Assembly (NCBI GenBank): GCA_027486675.1
Contig: JAIXOQ010000033.1
Coordinates: 1-64,000, forward strand
DNA from: Pseudomonadota bacterium
Lineage (GTDB): Bacteria; Bdellovibrionota; UBA1018; CAIMNF01
Reading direction: 5' to 3'
DNA length: 64,000 nt
The notes under the pieces: model-generated
What the model saw: only the letters and a program-made list of their open reading frames with translations
What the model was told of the DNA's origin: nothing
Databases searched by the model: none
Program-made: the position numbers and the translations under genes
Shown here: piece by piece, positions 1 through 9,577 of the stretch
Numbering within the stretch: the stretch's first letter is position 1
Layout of the letters: each line of letters begins with the position of its first letter

Positions 1-362
1 GTCCTTTCGCCCGGATGGTCCGGGTCATATTGGGTTCAAAACCTGATTATGAGGTAACGAGCCGTTTCCTCACTATTAACGCACCACAGCTCGGTCGAAT
101 TCATTACGAGGCAATTCGGAGCGGCAAGTATCCTAACTGGAATTTGATCTGCAGCCCTTACAGAGATATCATTTCGAGCGACGGAGCCTATATCACCGAC
201 AAGGTATTTCACTCTAAGGCATATGAAATTGTTTCCCCAAGCCAGAGTGATGCAACCAGCAGCCTCTATGCTGATTACTTCACCAAACGTGTAGCTCATC
301 AAGATTCGGTGGAGCACGATCGTTTGGTTCTGAAAGCCCAAAACATCAACGGCCCAAAATAA
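1..362 (+). CDS. hypothetical protein, 3' portion (frame open to window start; first ATG at 15)
   Basis: Protein-like ORF with no stop between pos 1 and the first ATG; weak hairpin+T-run downstream; no family recognised. Confidence 0.35.
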   Translation, partial: PFARMVRVILGSKPDYEVTSRFLTINAPQLGRIHYEAIRSGKYPNWNLICSPYRDIISSDGAYITDKVFHSKAYEIVSPSQSDATSSLYADYFTKRVAHQDSVEHDRLVLKAQNINGPK

Positions 363-379
363 AGAAACGTTCGAAACAG

Positions 380-424
380 GGGCAGGTAGGGATAAGATCC
401 ACGCTTGCCCCCGTCTTTTTTGAT
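380..424 (+). terminator. weak rho-independent terminator-like hairpin + T-run
   Basis: ggggca...tgcccc stem followed by cgtctttttt. Confidence 0.3.
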
Positions 425-485
425 CCCCCGACGCTGGGAACTTGATTGGCTTAGTGCGCATCCCTTGCGCTAAACTCATTCCTAC

Positions 486-1817
486 ATGAGCCAACGCCCT
501 TCGATCATCACACCTCCCCCCGGCCCAAAAGCAAAAGCCTTAATCGCCCGCGACACGTCAGTCACCTCTCCTTCCTACATCAAAGAATATCCGCTCGTCA
601 TCGAGCGAGGTGACGGAGTTTGGGTTACTGACGTGGACGGCAATCGCTACTTAGATTTCATGGCCGGCATCGCTGTCGCATCGACGGGCCACTCCCATCC
701 AAAAGTGGTCGCAGCCATTCAAGAAGCGGCCGGAAAATTCCTCCACATTTGCGGTACGGACTTCTACTACGAATCGATGATCGCTTTGTGTGAACGTTTA
801 TCCACTGCGGTGCCTGGAATGGGCAAAAGCAAAGTTTTCCTGACCAACAGCGGCACCGAAGCAGTCGAAGGTGCGATCAAACTTGCGCGCTACCACACCC
901 GCAGACAGAAGCTCATCGCTTTCAAAGGCGCATTTCATGGGCGCACTATGGGCGCAATTTCGCTGAACTCTTCAAAGCCCGGACAACGCGCGCACTTCGG
1001 ACCGCTCCTGCCAGGTGTTGAACACATTCCCTATTCTTACCCGTACCGATGCTCCTACAACCACAAGGCAGAGTGGTGTCAGGTCAATTGCGAGTGCGCG
1101 ACCAAACTAGAAACCGATTGGTTCTTAAGTCATTTTCTTCCCGATGAAGTGGCGGCAATTTTTGTCGAGCCCATCCAAGGCGAGGGTGGTTACGTCATGC
1201 CTGCCCCGAAGTTCCTAAAAGACCTAAGACGCATTTGCGATCAACACGGAATTTTGCTGATCTTTGATGAGGTGCAGTCAGGGATCGGACGCACGGGGCA
1301 AATGTTTGCAGCAGAAACACTCGGTGTAGCACCCGACATTTTACTCACTGCTAAAGGCATTGCTTCAGGAATGCCTATTGGCGCGATCATCGCGCGCGAA
1401 TCAGTGATGACCTGGCCACGCGGGACCCACGGCTCAACCTACGGCGGCAATCCTGTCTGCTGTGCGGCGGCGAATGCGACTTGGGATGTCATCCAGCCCC
1501 TTCTTCCTAAGATTCGCGAAGTTGGAAAGACACTGTATGAGGGTCTAACTACGCTCCAAAAGAAGTTTCCATTTATCGGCGATATCCGCGGAACCGGGCT
1601 CATGATCGGGGCCGAGTTCATCCACACGGATAAACGTCCAGCATCAGACTATGTAGGCAAACTAGAGCAGCTCGCTTTCCGTAAAGGACTGCTCTTGCTC
1701 TCATGCGGCAAATCAACGATTCGTTTCGCGCCACCACTCATCATCACGGAAGCGGAAATCAAAGTTGGACTGGAGATCTTAGAGCAATGTTTGACCGAAC
1801 TCGGCGTCCCAAGCTAA
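486..1817 (+). CDS. class III PLP-dependent aminotransferase (4-aminobutyrate/acetylornithine aminotransferase family)
   Basis: 443 aa; motifs GTDFYYES, FDEVQSGIGRTG, TAKGIASG typical of class III aminotransferases. Confidence 0.9.
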   Translation: MSQRPSIITPPPGPKAKALIARDTSVTSPSYIKEYPLVIERGDGVWVTDVDGNRYLDFMAGIAVASTGHSHPKVVAAIQEAAGKFLHICGTDFYYESMIALCERLSTAVPGMGKSKVFLTNSGTEAVEGAIKLARYHTRRQKLIAFKGAFHGRTMGAISLNSSKPGQRAHFGPLLPGVEHIPYSYPYRCSYNHKAEWCQVNCECATKLETDWFLSHFLPDEVAAIFVEPIQGEGGYVMPAPKFLKDLRRICDQHGILLIFDEVQSGIGRTGQMFAAETLGVAPDILLTAKGIASGMPIGAIIARESVMTWPRGTHGSTYGGNPVCCAAANATWDVIQPLLPKIREVGKTLYEGLTTLQKKFPFIGDIRGTGLMIGAEFIHTDKRPASDYVGKLEQLAFRKGLLLLSCGKSTIRFAPPLIITEAEIKVGLEILEQCLTELGVPS

Positions 1818-1837
1818 AGAAGAACAAAGTCCTTTCC

Positions 1838-2728
1838 ATGAAAGAGGCGATCGCAGGCTTTGTCAGCCCAGGCGACGATCTTTATATTGAAGGATTCACA
1901 CACCTGATCTGTTTTGCCGCGGGCCACGAAATCATCCGCCAAGGCATTGGGAATCTGACTGCGTCCCGCTTAACGCCTGACCTGGTTTACGATCAACTCA
2001 TCGAAGCAGGCTTAGTCAAAAAGCTCGTCTTTAGCTGGGCAGGAAATCCAGGCGTGGGAAGCCTTCATGGGTTGCGCAGAAGAACGCAAGCCGGAGTCAC
2101 AGACCCGATCGAACTTGAGGAATACTCCCACTTCGGAATGGTTGCACGCCTCCTTGCGGGGAGCGCGAATCTCCCCTTCTACCCGCTCACCAATTACCGA
2201 GGGACAAACATCGCTGACGTAAATCCTAAGATCAAATCGATCCTCTGCCCTTACACAGGAGTAGAACTTGCGACAGTCCCTGCCCTTCACCCAAACATCG
2301 CCATCATTCACACACAAAGAGCGGACGCGGAAGGAAACGCACAAGTCTGGGGACTCATGGGCACGCAGAAAGAGGCCGCATTTGCTTCAAAAAAGGTGAT
2401 CGTAGTGACCGAAGAGATTGTTCCTACCAGCACGATCCGATCCGATCCGAATCGCACGCTCATTCCCGGACTCATTGTGGATGCAGTCGTTCATGAACCC
2501 TGGGGCTGCCACCCATCTTATGCTCAGGGCTTTTATGACCGCGACAATGACTTTTATGTGGAGTGGGAAGACATCTCCAAGGATGCAAAAACTTACCAAG
2601 ACTACCTGGCTGAATTCGTACACGGCGTAAAAGATCGAGCGGGTTATCTAGAGAAGCTCAACTCTGGTCTAATGGCTCGACTCAAAGCAAAACCGAAAAA
2701 ATGCGAAGGAGTGGACTATGGATATTAA
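1838..2728 (+). CDS. CoA-transferase subunit A (3-oxoacid/glutaconate CoA-transferase family)
   Basis: ORF opens at 1703 overlapping the upstream gene; ATG at 1838 (MKEAIAGF...) is the likely start; family I CoA-transferase A-subunit-like sequence. Confidence 0.75.
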   Translation: MKEAIAGFVSPGDDLYIEGFTHLICFAAGHEIIRQGIGNLTASRLTPDLVYDQLIEAGLVKKLVFSWAGNPGVGSLHGLRRRTQAGVTDPIELEEYSHFGMVARLLAGSANLPFYPLTNYRGTNIADVNPKIKSILCPYTGVELATVPALHPNIAIIHTQRADAEGNAQVWGLMGTQKEAAFASKKVIVVTEEIVPTSTIRSDPNRTLIPGLIVDAVVHEPWGCHPSYAQGFYDRDNDFYVEWEDISKDAKTYQDYLAEFVHGVKDRAGYLEKLNSGLMARLKAKPKKCEGVDYGY

Positions 2729-3503
2729 GCCCATCACCTCTTCTGAACGCATGGCAGTTCGGGCCGCAAAGGAGCTTAAAAGCGGTGAAGTTGTATTTGT
2801 AGGCATCGGTCTTCCAAATCTTGCATGCAATCTTGCGCGAGCCACTCACGCACCTGAACTTTTTATGATCTATGAAAGCGGCACTATTGGGACTATCCCT
2901 GCCCGCCTTCCCGTTTCTATCGGTGATCCCACTCTTGTGACAGACAGCCTTGCAATCTGCAGCCAAAGCGATGTCTTTCAGTGCTATCTACAAGGGGGCC
3001 TCATTGAGGTCGGATTCTTGGGCGGCGCACAAGTGGATCGTTACGGAAACATCAACACGACGACCATTGGTGACTACCAAAAACCAAAGGTCCGCCTTCC
3101 TGGAAGTGGCGGGGCGTGTGAGATCGCAACTCATTCTCATCGAGTGCTTATCATGATGCGCATGACGCCAAAATCATTCGTATCAGAGGTCGATTTTGTA
3201 ACCAGCCCAGGACAAAAGATGGTGTCGAATTTAGCGGGTCGCGACCAAGGCGCCTCTAGGGATTCATTGAATCTCCCAGGCTACGGGCCAGTGACTGCAA
3301 TCACCGATGTCGGGGTTTTAGAGTTACTCGATGGGGAGTTTAAGCTCACGGAACTTTATCCAGGGGTTTCCTTTGAGGACGCTCAGGCGAAGTGTGGATG
3401 GCCCCTCAAGAGGGCCGCTCAGGTTCAAACGACCGCCGAGCCCTCACTCAACGACATCAACTTGCTGCGGAATAAAATAGATCCAAAGTCTCTCTATTTG
3501 TAA
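2718..3503 (+). CDS. CoA-transferase subunit B
   Basis: 261 aa, overlaps subunit A stop by 11 nt; SGEVVFVGIGLPNLA... typical B-subunit N-terminus. Confidence 0.75.
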   Translation: MDIKPITSSERMAVRAAKELKSGEVVFVGIGLPNLACNLARATHAPELFMIYESGTIGTIPARLPVSIGDPTLVTDSLAICSQSDVFQCYLQGGLIEVGFLGGAQVDRYGNINTTTIGDYQKPKVRLPGSGGACEIATHSHRVLIMMRMTPKSFVSEVDFVTSPGQKMVSNLAGRDQGASRDSLNLPGYGPVTAITDVGVLELLDGEFKLTELYPGVSFEDAQAKCGWPLKRAAQVQTTAEPSLNDINLLRNKIDPKSLYL

Positions 3504-3512
3504 GGTGATCTT

Positions 3513-4046
3513 ATGGCTAAAAAAATTCTTTCTTCCCTCGCAATCCTGATCGCCATTCTTTTAGGCCTCACTGCGCTGCTTCCGTCCGACTATACGATCA
3601 CTCGACAAGTGAGAGTTCAGGCGCCAAGAGATGTCGTCTTTTCAAAAATCGATGACTATACCAAGTGGAAGGCATGGAGCCCTTGGTACGAACGGGAGCC
3701 TGATGCAAAGGTGATGTTCAGTGGTACACCAGGGCAGCCCGGCTATGCGATGCAGTGGCAGGGAAAAGAAATCGGCGAAGGGTCACTGATCCTGCGCTCT
3801 GTTGAGGCGCCTAGCCGGATGGAGTCAGAGCTCCAGTTTGTTTCACCTAAGATGTCGCCAGCAACAGACCAGTGGTCCTTGGTTGCTGTGACGGATCAGG
3901 AGACCTTGGTCACTTGGACTAACCATGGAAATCTCGCCTGGCCTCTCGACCGCGTTGTAGGGCTTTTTTTAAACCGAATGCTCGGTGGTGAAATGGAACG
4001 TGGACTTGCAAAACTTAAACTCATCTCAGAAGGGGCAACACCATGA
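3513..4046 (+). CDS. SRPBCC (Bet v1-like) family protein with N-terminal signal/TM segment
   Basis: 177 aa; hydrophobic N-terminus, W-rich SRPBCC-like core. Confidence 0.55.
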   Translation: MAKKILSSLAILIAILLGLTALLPSDYTITRQVRVQAPRDVVFSKIDDYTKWKAWSPWYEREPDAKVMFSGTPGQPGYAMQWQGKEIGEGSLILRSVEAPSRMESELQFVSPKMSPATDQWSLVAVTDQETLVTWTNHGNLAWPLDRVVGLFLNRMLGGEMERGLAKLKLISEGATP

Positions 4047-4432
4047 TCGTTCTTGCCAATGAATCGAAGACTGCAGGATTAGGACTTTGCATAGTTCGGG
4101 TACTCACGGGCGCAATGATGATCACGCATGGACTCCCAAAACTCTTAAACTTCAGCGAGATGGTGGCGAAGTTCCCTGACCCCATCGGATTTGGAGCTCA
4201 GTTCACCGTAGGATTCACGGTTCTTGCAGAACTTTTTGCATCCATCACTTTGATCCTGGGCATCCTGCCGCGCCTATCAGCACTCCTAGGTCTCATCACC
4301 ATGGCCGGCGCATTCTTTATTGTGCATCGGGCTGATCCATTCGCTACAAAGGAGCTCGCAGCCCTCTATGCCACGCTGTACCTCGTGATTGTCATGTGCG
4401 GTGGCGGTAAGTTTCAGTTGAAGCAGGGTTAG
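4043..4432 (+). CDS. DoxX family membrane protein
   Basis: 129 aa, 4 predicted TM helices, 4-nt overlap with the upstream gene. Confidence 0.7.
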   Translation: MIVLANESKTAGLGLCIVRVLTGAMMITHGLPKLLNFSEMVAKFPDPIGFGAQFTVGFTVLAELFASITLILGILPRLSALLGLITMAGAFFIVHRADPFATKELAALYATLYLVIVMCGGGKFQLKQG

Positions 4433-4503
4433 GGCCTCTGATCAGGGCTTGTCAATTACTAGTGTTGACCCAACAAAACTACCTCTGTTTTGCGCCAAAG
4501 CTC

Positions 4504-4532
4504 TTGTAACTCGGATACTGCTTCGCTAGATT
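4504..4532 (+). promoter_or_regulatory. putative sigma70 promoter for tRNA-Glu (TTGTAA-N17-TAGATT)
   Basis: -35/-10-like hexamers with 17-nt spacer about 20 nt upstream of the tRNA 5' end. Confidence 0.35.
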
Positions 4533-4552
4533 GTTGTTTCACTTCTTCATGC

Positions 4553-4627
4553 GTCCCCATCGTCTAGCGGTTAGGACACTGCCTTTTCAAGGCAGTAACC
4601 AGAGTTCGATTCTCTGTGGGGACGCCA
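4553..4627 (+). tRNA. tRNA-Glu (anticodon UUC), CCA encoded
   Basis: GTCCCCATCGTCTAGCGGTTAGGAC...; 7-bp acceptor stem GTCCCCA/TGGGGAC; anticodon loop TTTTCAA; T-arm GTTCGATTC. Confidence 0.95.
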
Positions 4628-4975
4628 CTCTCAAACCCTTCTTACGTTAAACAGCACCCAACCACTCATCACCCCCACAGAGGCGTAGAGTGCATCACCA
4701 GGTTTTTTGTGAACCGGTGGAGGTCTTTTTTATCAAAAGAGACTTCAAAGTGATCGCGCTTCAGTTTCCCCTAACGGGCGCCATTTAACGCCTTCTCCTG
4801 TAAGGATGTGAGAGTGCAGTCCGCCACAGGGAAACAGAGCCAGAAGTTCAACCATAGTTCGACACTGAAGGCCTAGAGCACGATGCGAGCGACACTCTCC
4901 GCGGGAACGACTGGAATCCATTTATCGTTTCGGCAGATGAATCTGACTGTTTGGCGATGAGTCTTAGATTTGGGC

Positions 4976-5467
4976 TCAGAGATACAAAAAGTGAGCAACG
5001 ATCTCCATGTCTTCTTTCAGGTCAAATGCAGCGTCTTTGAAGCTCGGGGGACCGAAGCTCCCTTTGGCATCTCGAGAAACGGCAAGACCCTCCCGAGGGA
5101 TACCAATCCAATTCGTATCCATCTCTCCACTCGCGTTTTCGTCATGGATTGCGGACACCGCGTAGGTGCCTGGCACCAAATCCGAGAGCACGGTGGTTAC
5201 TAAATCCGGGTCCGTGATCTCAAGAGAGACCGTCTTAAAAGCTTCTTTCGCTTCGTCAGGAAATCCATTTTTTGAAAGGTAAAGACGCACGATGACCTTC
5301 CCTTTCGCGTTCTTCAGCCCCTTCAGCTTGATCTTCAGACTGAAGACCGGAGCGCTTGGAATGGCAGGATTCGGCGTAAGCTCCGCGGATCGCACTTCGC
5401 CAACCATTGCCAGGCCTAGAGCTAGAAGCATTCCTATCTTTTTGATTTTCTTGACTTTAATTTTCAT
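4976..5467 (-). CDS. DUF2141 family secreted protein
   Basis: Start taken at MKIKVKKIKKIGMLLALGLAM (signal peptide); DUF2141-like core GTYAVSAIHDENASGEMDTNWIGIPREG. Confidence 0.6.
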   Translation of the reverse strand: MKIKVKKIKKIGMLLALGLAMVGEVRSAELTPNPAIPSAPVFSLKIKLKGLKNAKGKVIVRLYLSKNGFPDEAKEAFKTVSLEITDPDLVTTVLSDLVPGTYAVSAIHDENASGEMDTNWIGIPREGLAVSRDAKGSFGPPSFKDAAFDLKEDMEIVAHFLYL

Positions 5468-5505
5468 GGCACTAACAGAATACAGCAAAATATTAGGCGG
5501 CGGAA

Positions 5506-6426
5506 TCAAACGCCGCTTCGCAGCCTGCACTCATCCGTCAACTCTTGAAGCAAGATCGCTACTCTCCGCTCACCCCGCCTCAATGCTGCGGTCACACCAA
5601 AGAGGTCGATGGGACGCGAAGTCCAGCTCGGCAAAACGGCCTGAAGCTGGCGCGTCTTGAGTTCCCGTGCAACGACAAATTCTGGAACCAGACATAGCCC
5701 TCGTCCTGCAGTCGCCACTCTCTTGATCGCGCTTAGGCTGTTGATTCGCAGAGAATGCTTCATCTCAATTTCGCGCTCTTCTTTCGTTCGTGAATTAACC
5801 ATTATCCCATCCGTAGCTGGACTCTGTCCTTTTTCGGGCAGAATTCTCAAAAGCCATGCAGGATCAATGTCCTCGATCCGGGCAATTTTGTGCTTCTTGA
5901 GAAAGTCTGGCGATGCATAGAGCTGACGTTGCACGGTGGTGAATCGGCTCTGAATGAAACTCTTGGGAGCCAGCACTGAACCCACTTCAATAAAGAGATC
6001 CTGGCTCGCGTAATCGACAGTATCTGGTTTGTTTTTCAAAGTGAGATCAATCCATAGCTTGGGATACTTCTCTGAAAATCTGGGTAAAAACGAATCGCAG
6101 AGAAAGAACCCAAATTCAAAGGGACACATAAGACGAATCAGCCCTTGTGGCTCGTCGCTCAGAGTACCAATGTATTCCTGTGCCAGACTGAGTCGCTCCA
6201 TTGCGTCAACGCAGAGCTCAGCGTACCGGTGGCCAACATCGGTAAGCGCAAAGTGTCGGGTACTTCGCAAAATCAGAACATGCCCAAGTGCCAACTCAAG
6301 ATTCTTTAATCTTCGACTCACATGAGAGTTGGGCAGACTCAAAACCTTTGCCGCCTTCGAAAGCGAGCCCTGGCGTGCGACTTCTATAAAAATCTGAATA
6401 TCCCGAGGGTCAGCCGATATTTCCAT
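5506..6426 (-). CDS. LysR family transcriptional regulator
   Basis: N-terminal HTH IQIFIEVARQGSLSKAAKVLSLPNSHVSRRLKNLE, LysR substrate-binding domain. Confidence 0.9.
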   Translation of the reverse strand: MEISADPRDIQIFIEVARQGSLSKAAKVLSLPNSHVSRRLKNLELALGHVLILRSTRHFALTDVGHRYAELCVDAMERLSLAQEYIGTLSDEPQGLIRLMCPFEFGFFLCDSFLPRFSEKYPKLWIDLTLKNKPDTVDYASQDLFIEVGSVLAPKSFIQSRFTTVQRQLYASPDFLKKHKIARIEDIDPAWLLRILPEKGQSPATDGIMVNSRTKEEREIEMKHSLRINSLSAIKRVATAGRGLCLVPEFVVARELKTRQLQAVLPSWTSRPIDLFGVTAALRRGERRVAILLQELTDECRLRSGV

Positions 6427-6504
6427 ATATAGAAAAATAACATCTAATATCAGCTAAATGCGGAACAATTGCTCTGCGATACCTTGTTTTCACAGGAGCA
6501 CTTT

Positions 6505-6963
6505 ATGCAAAAAATCACCTTCGATGACTTCTTGGAAATTCAGAACTTGGTCACTGCTTACTGCATCACAACGGACAATGCTGACGCCGATGGATTCATG
6601 GCCTTATGGGTCGAACCCCAGGATTTTGGCGGATACGAAAGTGGGCCTTTTGGCAGCATGAAGACTTGGCAGGAGCTATACGATTTCGAAAAACACCATG
6701 TGGGCCCCGGTGGCGTGGCCAATGGGAAGCGGCATCAATCCACCAACATCCACATCCGTCCCATTAGCTCGACTGAAGTCCGCGTAACAAACGACTTGGT
6801 CGTGCTCGAGGTCGCGGACGAGCCACGAGTGATTGCTACTGGTCGCTACAATGACAGCTTGGTCGTTAAAACGTCCAAGGGCTGGAAATTCAAAAAACGG
6901 ACGCTGAACGTCGATTCGGGGTTTTTTAAACTGGCAGAGAAGATGGGAATGGGGAGGAAGTAG
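6505..6963 (+). CDS. NTF2-like/SnoaL-like domain protein
   Basis: Divergent from the LysR gene; AGGAG 8 nt upstream of the ATG at 6505; NTF2-like fold signature. Confidence 0.5.
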   Translation: MQKITFDDFLEIQNLVTAYCITTDNADADGFMALWVEPQDFGGYESGPFGSMKTWQELYDFEKHHVGPGGVANGKRHQSTNIHIRPISSTEVRVTNDLVVLEVADEPRVIATGRYNDSLVVKTSKGWKFKKRTLNVDSGFFKLAEKMGMGRK

Positions 6964-7338
6964 ATGAAATCCTCTCTCCATTCATCAGCCACAGTCGTGG
7001 ACCAAACAGACCTATCCGTTAATCATAACGGCAGGGTCGTCCTGATCAATCAGTTTACTGCCAACCCTGGCGCACTGGATCAGTTTATAGCGATACAGAA
7101 GTCAGAATATGTGGCGCTTAGGGGTAAGGTGAAGGGCTTTATCGCCAATCGTCTGCATCGCGCCGTTGATGGAAAAAGTGCTGTGAACATCGCAATCTTT
7201 GATTCTTTGGAAAACTACAAAGCATGGAGAGAGAGCGAGCTTTTTAGAAAACACGTCGAAGTCATCCAACCCTACATCGCGAAATCCGAGCCTGGAATCT
7301 ACGAAATCGTCTATGAAGGGGGCCACTCAAATCTTTGA
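6964..7338 (+). CDS. antibiotic biosynthesis monooxygenase (ABM) domain protein
   Basis: 124 aa; ABM-like VVLINQF...IAIFDSLENYKAWRESELFRKH. Confidence 0.6.
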   Translation: MKSSLHSSATVVDQTDLSVNHNGRVVLINQFTANPGALDQFIAIQKSEYVALRGKVKGFIANRLHRAVDGKSAVNIAIFDSLENYKAWRESELFRKHVEVIQPYIAKSEPGIYEIVYEGGHSNL

Positions 7339-7434
7339 TCCATTTGTGAAATAATTTTTTTGGAATGTCCTTTTTCAGCTTCTCAAATCGTCATCTCCTT
7401 GAAGAGTCTCGAAAAACAAAAGGAGAATGAAGTC

Positions 7435-7797
7435 ATGCAATATGCAATCGTCGTTTACGAAACCAAAGATCAGATGGACTGCCGCACAAACCCTGAAAAG
7501 GCCGAAGCCTATTGGGGTGCTTATTTCGCCTATTCCCAAGCACTCGAGAAAGCCGGAGTAGCACGAGGTGGCGAGGGGCTCCAAACTCCAGATCAAGCAA
7601 CGACCGTATCCATCCGAAATGGGAAACGCCATGTTCAAGACGGACCGGTGATCGATACGAAAGAGCGTCTCGGCGGCTTTTTTGTCATCGAGGCAGCCAG
7701 TCTGGATGAAGCGCTCGAGTGGGCCTCAAAATGTCCCGCCGTCAATGGAGGCTCTGTTGAAGTAAGACCGACCCTACCTCGACCCCCGGGTGCATAG
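7435..7797 (+). CDS. YCII-related (DGPF) domain protein
   Basis: AAGGAG RBS before the ATG at 7435; MQYAIVVYE...GGFFVIEAASLDEALEWA typical YCII. Confidence 0.7.
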   Translation: MQYAIVVYETKDQMDCRTNPEKAEAYWGAYFAYSQALEKAGVARGGEGLQTPDQATTVSIRNGKRHVQDGPVIDTKERLGGFFVIEAASLDEALEWASKCPAVNGGSVEVRPTLPRPPGA

Positions 7798-7803
7798 ATC
7801 CAC

Positions 7804-9045
7804 ATGGACGATTCCAGCTTAGAGGCGAGAGATACAATCGAACGATCGGTCAGGAGCTCTTACGGGAGACTCCTGGCCTTTCTTTCTGCCCGGTCCAAGG
7901 ATATCGCGGCATGTGAAGATGCGCTCTCGGAAGCATTTAAGAAAGCATTGGAAAAATGGCCCAAGGAAGGCGTTCCTGAAAATCCCGATGCATGGATCCT
8001 GACTGCGGCAAGGAATCGCCTTCTCGATCAAGCAAAACACAACACGGTAGTAAACAGCTCTATTTCGACCTTATTGATGCTCGATTTAGAGCGGACCGAT
8101 ATTCAGGGAAGGGATGCACTCTTTCGGGATGAACGGCTGAAACTACTTTTCGTCTGCGCTCATCCTGCTATCGATTCTTCGGTACACACCCCTCTCATGC
8201 TTCAAGTCGTTTTGGGTATAAATGTAGCCGATATCGCTTCAGCATTTCTGGCATCCCCCTCCTCGATCGCTAAAAAGCTCACTCGTGCGAAGAGGAAAAT
8301 TCGCGACACTGGAATCGCTTTTGACGTGCCTGGAGCAGAGGTGCTGAGTGGAAGGTTGGAGTCGGTACTCGAGGCGATCTTTGCTGCGTATGGGCAATCC
8401 TGGGATCACTTGACCACTCCGAGAAACGACCTGCGAGCCCTCGATTCCGAAGCCGTGTACTTGGCCGAACTCTTGGTCACTTTGCTACCGAACGAACCTG
8501 AACCCATGGGGTTGCTTTCATTGATCTACTTTTGTGAGTCGCGAAAACATGCTCGACGCTCAATTGAAGGCCGATACATCCCGCTCGACGAACAAGACGT
8601 GAGTCTATGGAATTTCGAACTTCGAAATAAAGCGGAACGACTTCTAGAGCAGGCGTTCACCTTATCGAAGGTGGGACGGTTCCAAATTGAGGCAGCGATA
8701 CAATCTGCTCACGATCATCGGGTGAGCCGTGGGGTCGATAATCGTGCCGAACTCGTCAAACTTTATGACGGTCTGATCGGATTCAGTCCTACTCTTGGTG
8801 CCCTAGTGGGCCGTGCAGCTGCTGTAGCAGGCTCTCAAGGTGTCGAAGCAGGGATGATCCTCCTCGATGCTATTCCGAAGGAATCTGTTTCGCAGTTTCA
8901 ACCCTTCTGGGCGCTTCGTGCTTCTTTTATGCAGAAAATCGGCAACGTTACAGAAATGCTCACAGCCGCGAATCGGGCCGTCGGCCTCACTGAAGACCCA
9001 AGTGTCCGAGATTACTTGATGCAACTCTACCGAACACAGGGTTAG
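7804..9045 (+). CDS. RNA polymerase sigma factor (sigma-70 region 2/4 N-terminus with long C-terminal extension), YCII-associated type
   Basis: 413 aa; 6-nt gap after the YCII gene; DAWILTAARNRLLD region-2-like motif. Confidence 0.7.
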   Translation: MDDSSLEARDTIERSVRSSYGRLLAFLSARSKDIAACEDALSEAFKKALEKWPKEGVPENPDAWILTAARNRLLDQAKHNTVVNSSISTLLMLDLERTDIQGRDALFRDERLKLLFVCAHPAIDSSVHTPLMLQVVLGINVADIASAFLASPSSIAKKLTRAKRKIRDTGIAFDVPGAEVLSGRLESVLEAIFAAYGQSWDHLTTPRNDLRALDSEAVYLAELLVTLLPNEPEPMGLLSLIYFCESRKHARRSIEGRYIPLDEQDVSLWNFELRNKAERLLEQAFTLSKVGRFQIEAAIQSAHDHRVSRGVDNRAELVKLYDGLIGFSPTLGALVGRAAAVAGSQGVEAGMILLDAIPKESVSQFQPFWALRASFMQKIGNVTEMLTAANRAVGLTEDPSVRDYLMQLYRTQG

Positions 9046-9192
9046 GCGATGCTGAGGTGACACTCTTAAGAAGCACCCCACAGTACGGGGCTTTTAACCC
9101 CAGCGAGGCCCGACCCTAACCTACCCCCGCTCCTAACTCGTTGTTTTAATACACTTCGCCTCTTTGGCTCGGCCCTTGCTCCTATCGTCATC

Positions 9193-9399
9193 ATGAACAA
9201 AGACACAGCTGAAGGAAACTGGACTGAAATCAAAGGCAAAATCAAAGCGAAGTGGGCAAAACTCACCGACAACGACATCGATGAGCTCAAGGGAAATATG
9301 GAATCCCTCGCGGGGAAGATCCAAAAGCAATACGGCTATGCAAAAGAGCAAGCCGAAAAAGAATACAAACACTTCAAAGAATCACTCGCCAAGAAGTGA
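9193..9399 (+). CDS. CsbD family stress protein
   Basis: 68 aa; GNWTEIKGKIKAKWAKLTDNDIDELKGNMESLAGKIQKQYGY. Confidence 0.85.
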   Translation: MNKDTAEGNWTEIKGKIKAKWAKLTDNDIDELKGNMESLAGKIQKQYGYAKEQAEKEYKHFKESLAKK

Positions 9400-9422
9400 T
9401 CACAAAGAGAAGGGAATTCAAC

Positions 9423-9575
9423 ATGTTAGAAACAATCGCAATCCTTCTAGTGCTCATGTGGGCACTGGGACTTGGTACAGGGTATACGCTCGGTGGACTA
9501 ATTCACGTTCTCCTAGTTGTCGCAATTATCGCGGTCCTATTTAGGGTCATTAACGGACGAAAGGTCATTCAATAA
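9423..9575 (+). CDS. lmo0937-family small membrane protein (50 aa)
   Basis: Absent from the ORF track (<60 aa). MLETIAILLVLMWALGLGTGYTLGGLIHVLLVVAIIAVLFRVINGRKVIQ matches the conserved lmo0937 family pattern. Confidence 0.65.
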   Translation: MLETIAILLVLMWALGLGTGYTLGGLIHVLLVVAIIAVLFRVINGRKVIQ

Positions 9576-9577
9576 TT

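Noticed and set aside
36-494. 152-aa minus-strand ORF overlapping the first gene and the terminator
   Set aside because: Its composition is not protein-like, it spans a hairpin/T-run region, and it is antisense to a better ORF; likely spurious.
1439-2344. Antisense ORFs inside the aminotransferase and CoA-transferase genes (1439-1627, 2012-2344), and similar antisense ORFs throughout the track
   Set aside because: They are fully embedded antisense to confidently assigned genes, short, and of biased composition; treated as noise.
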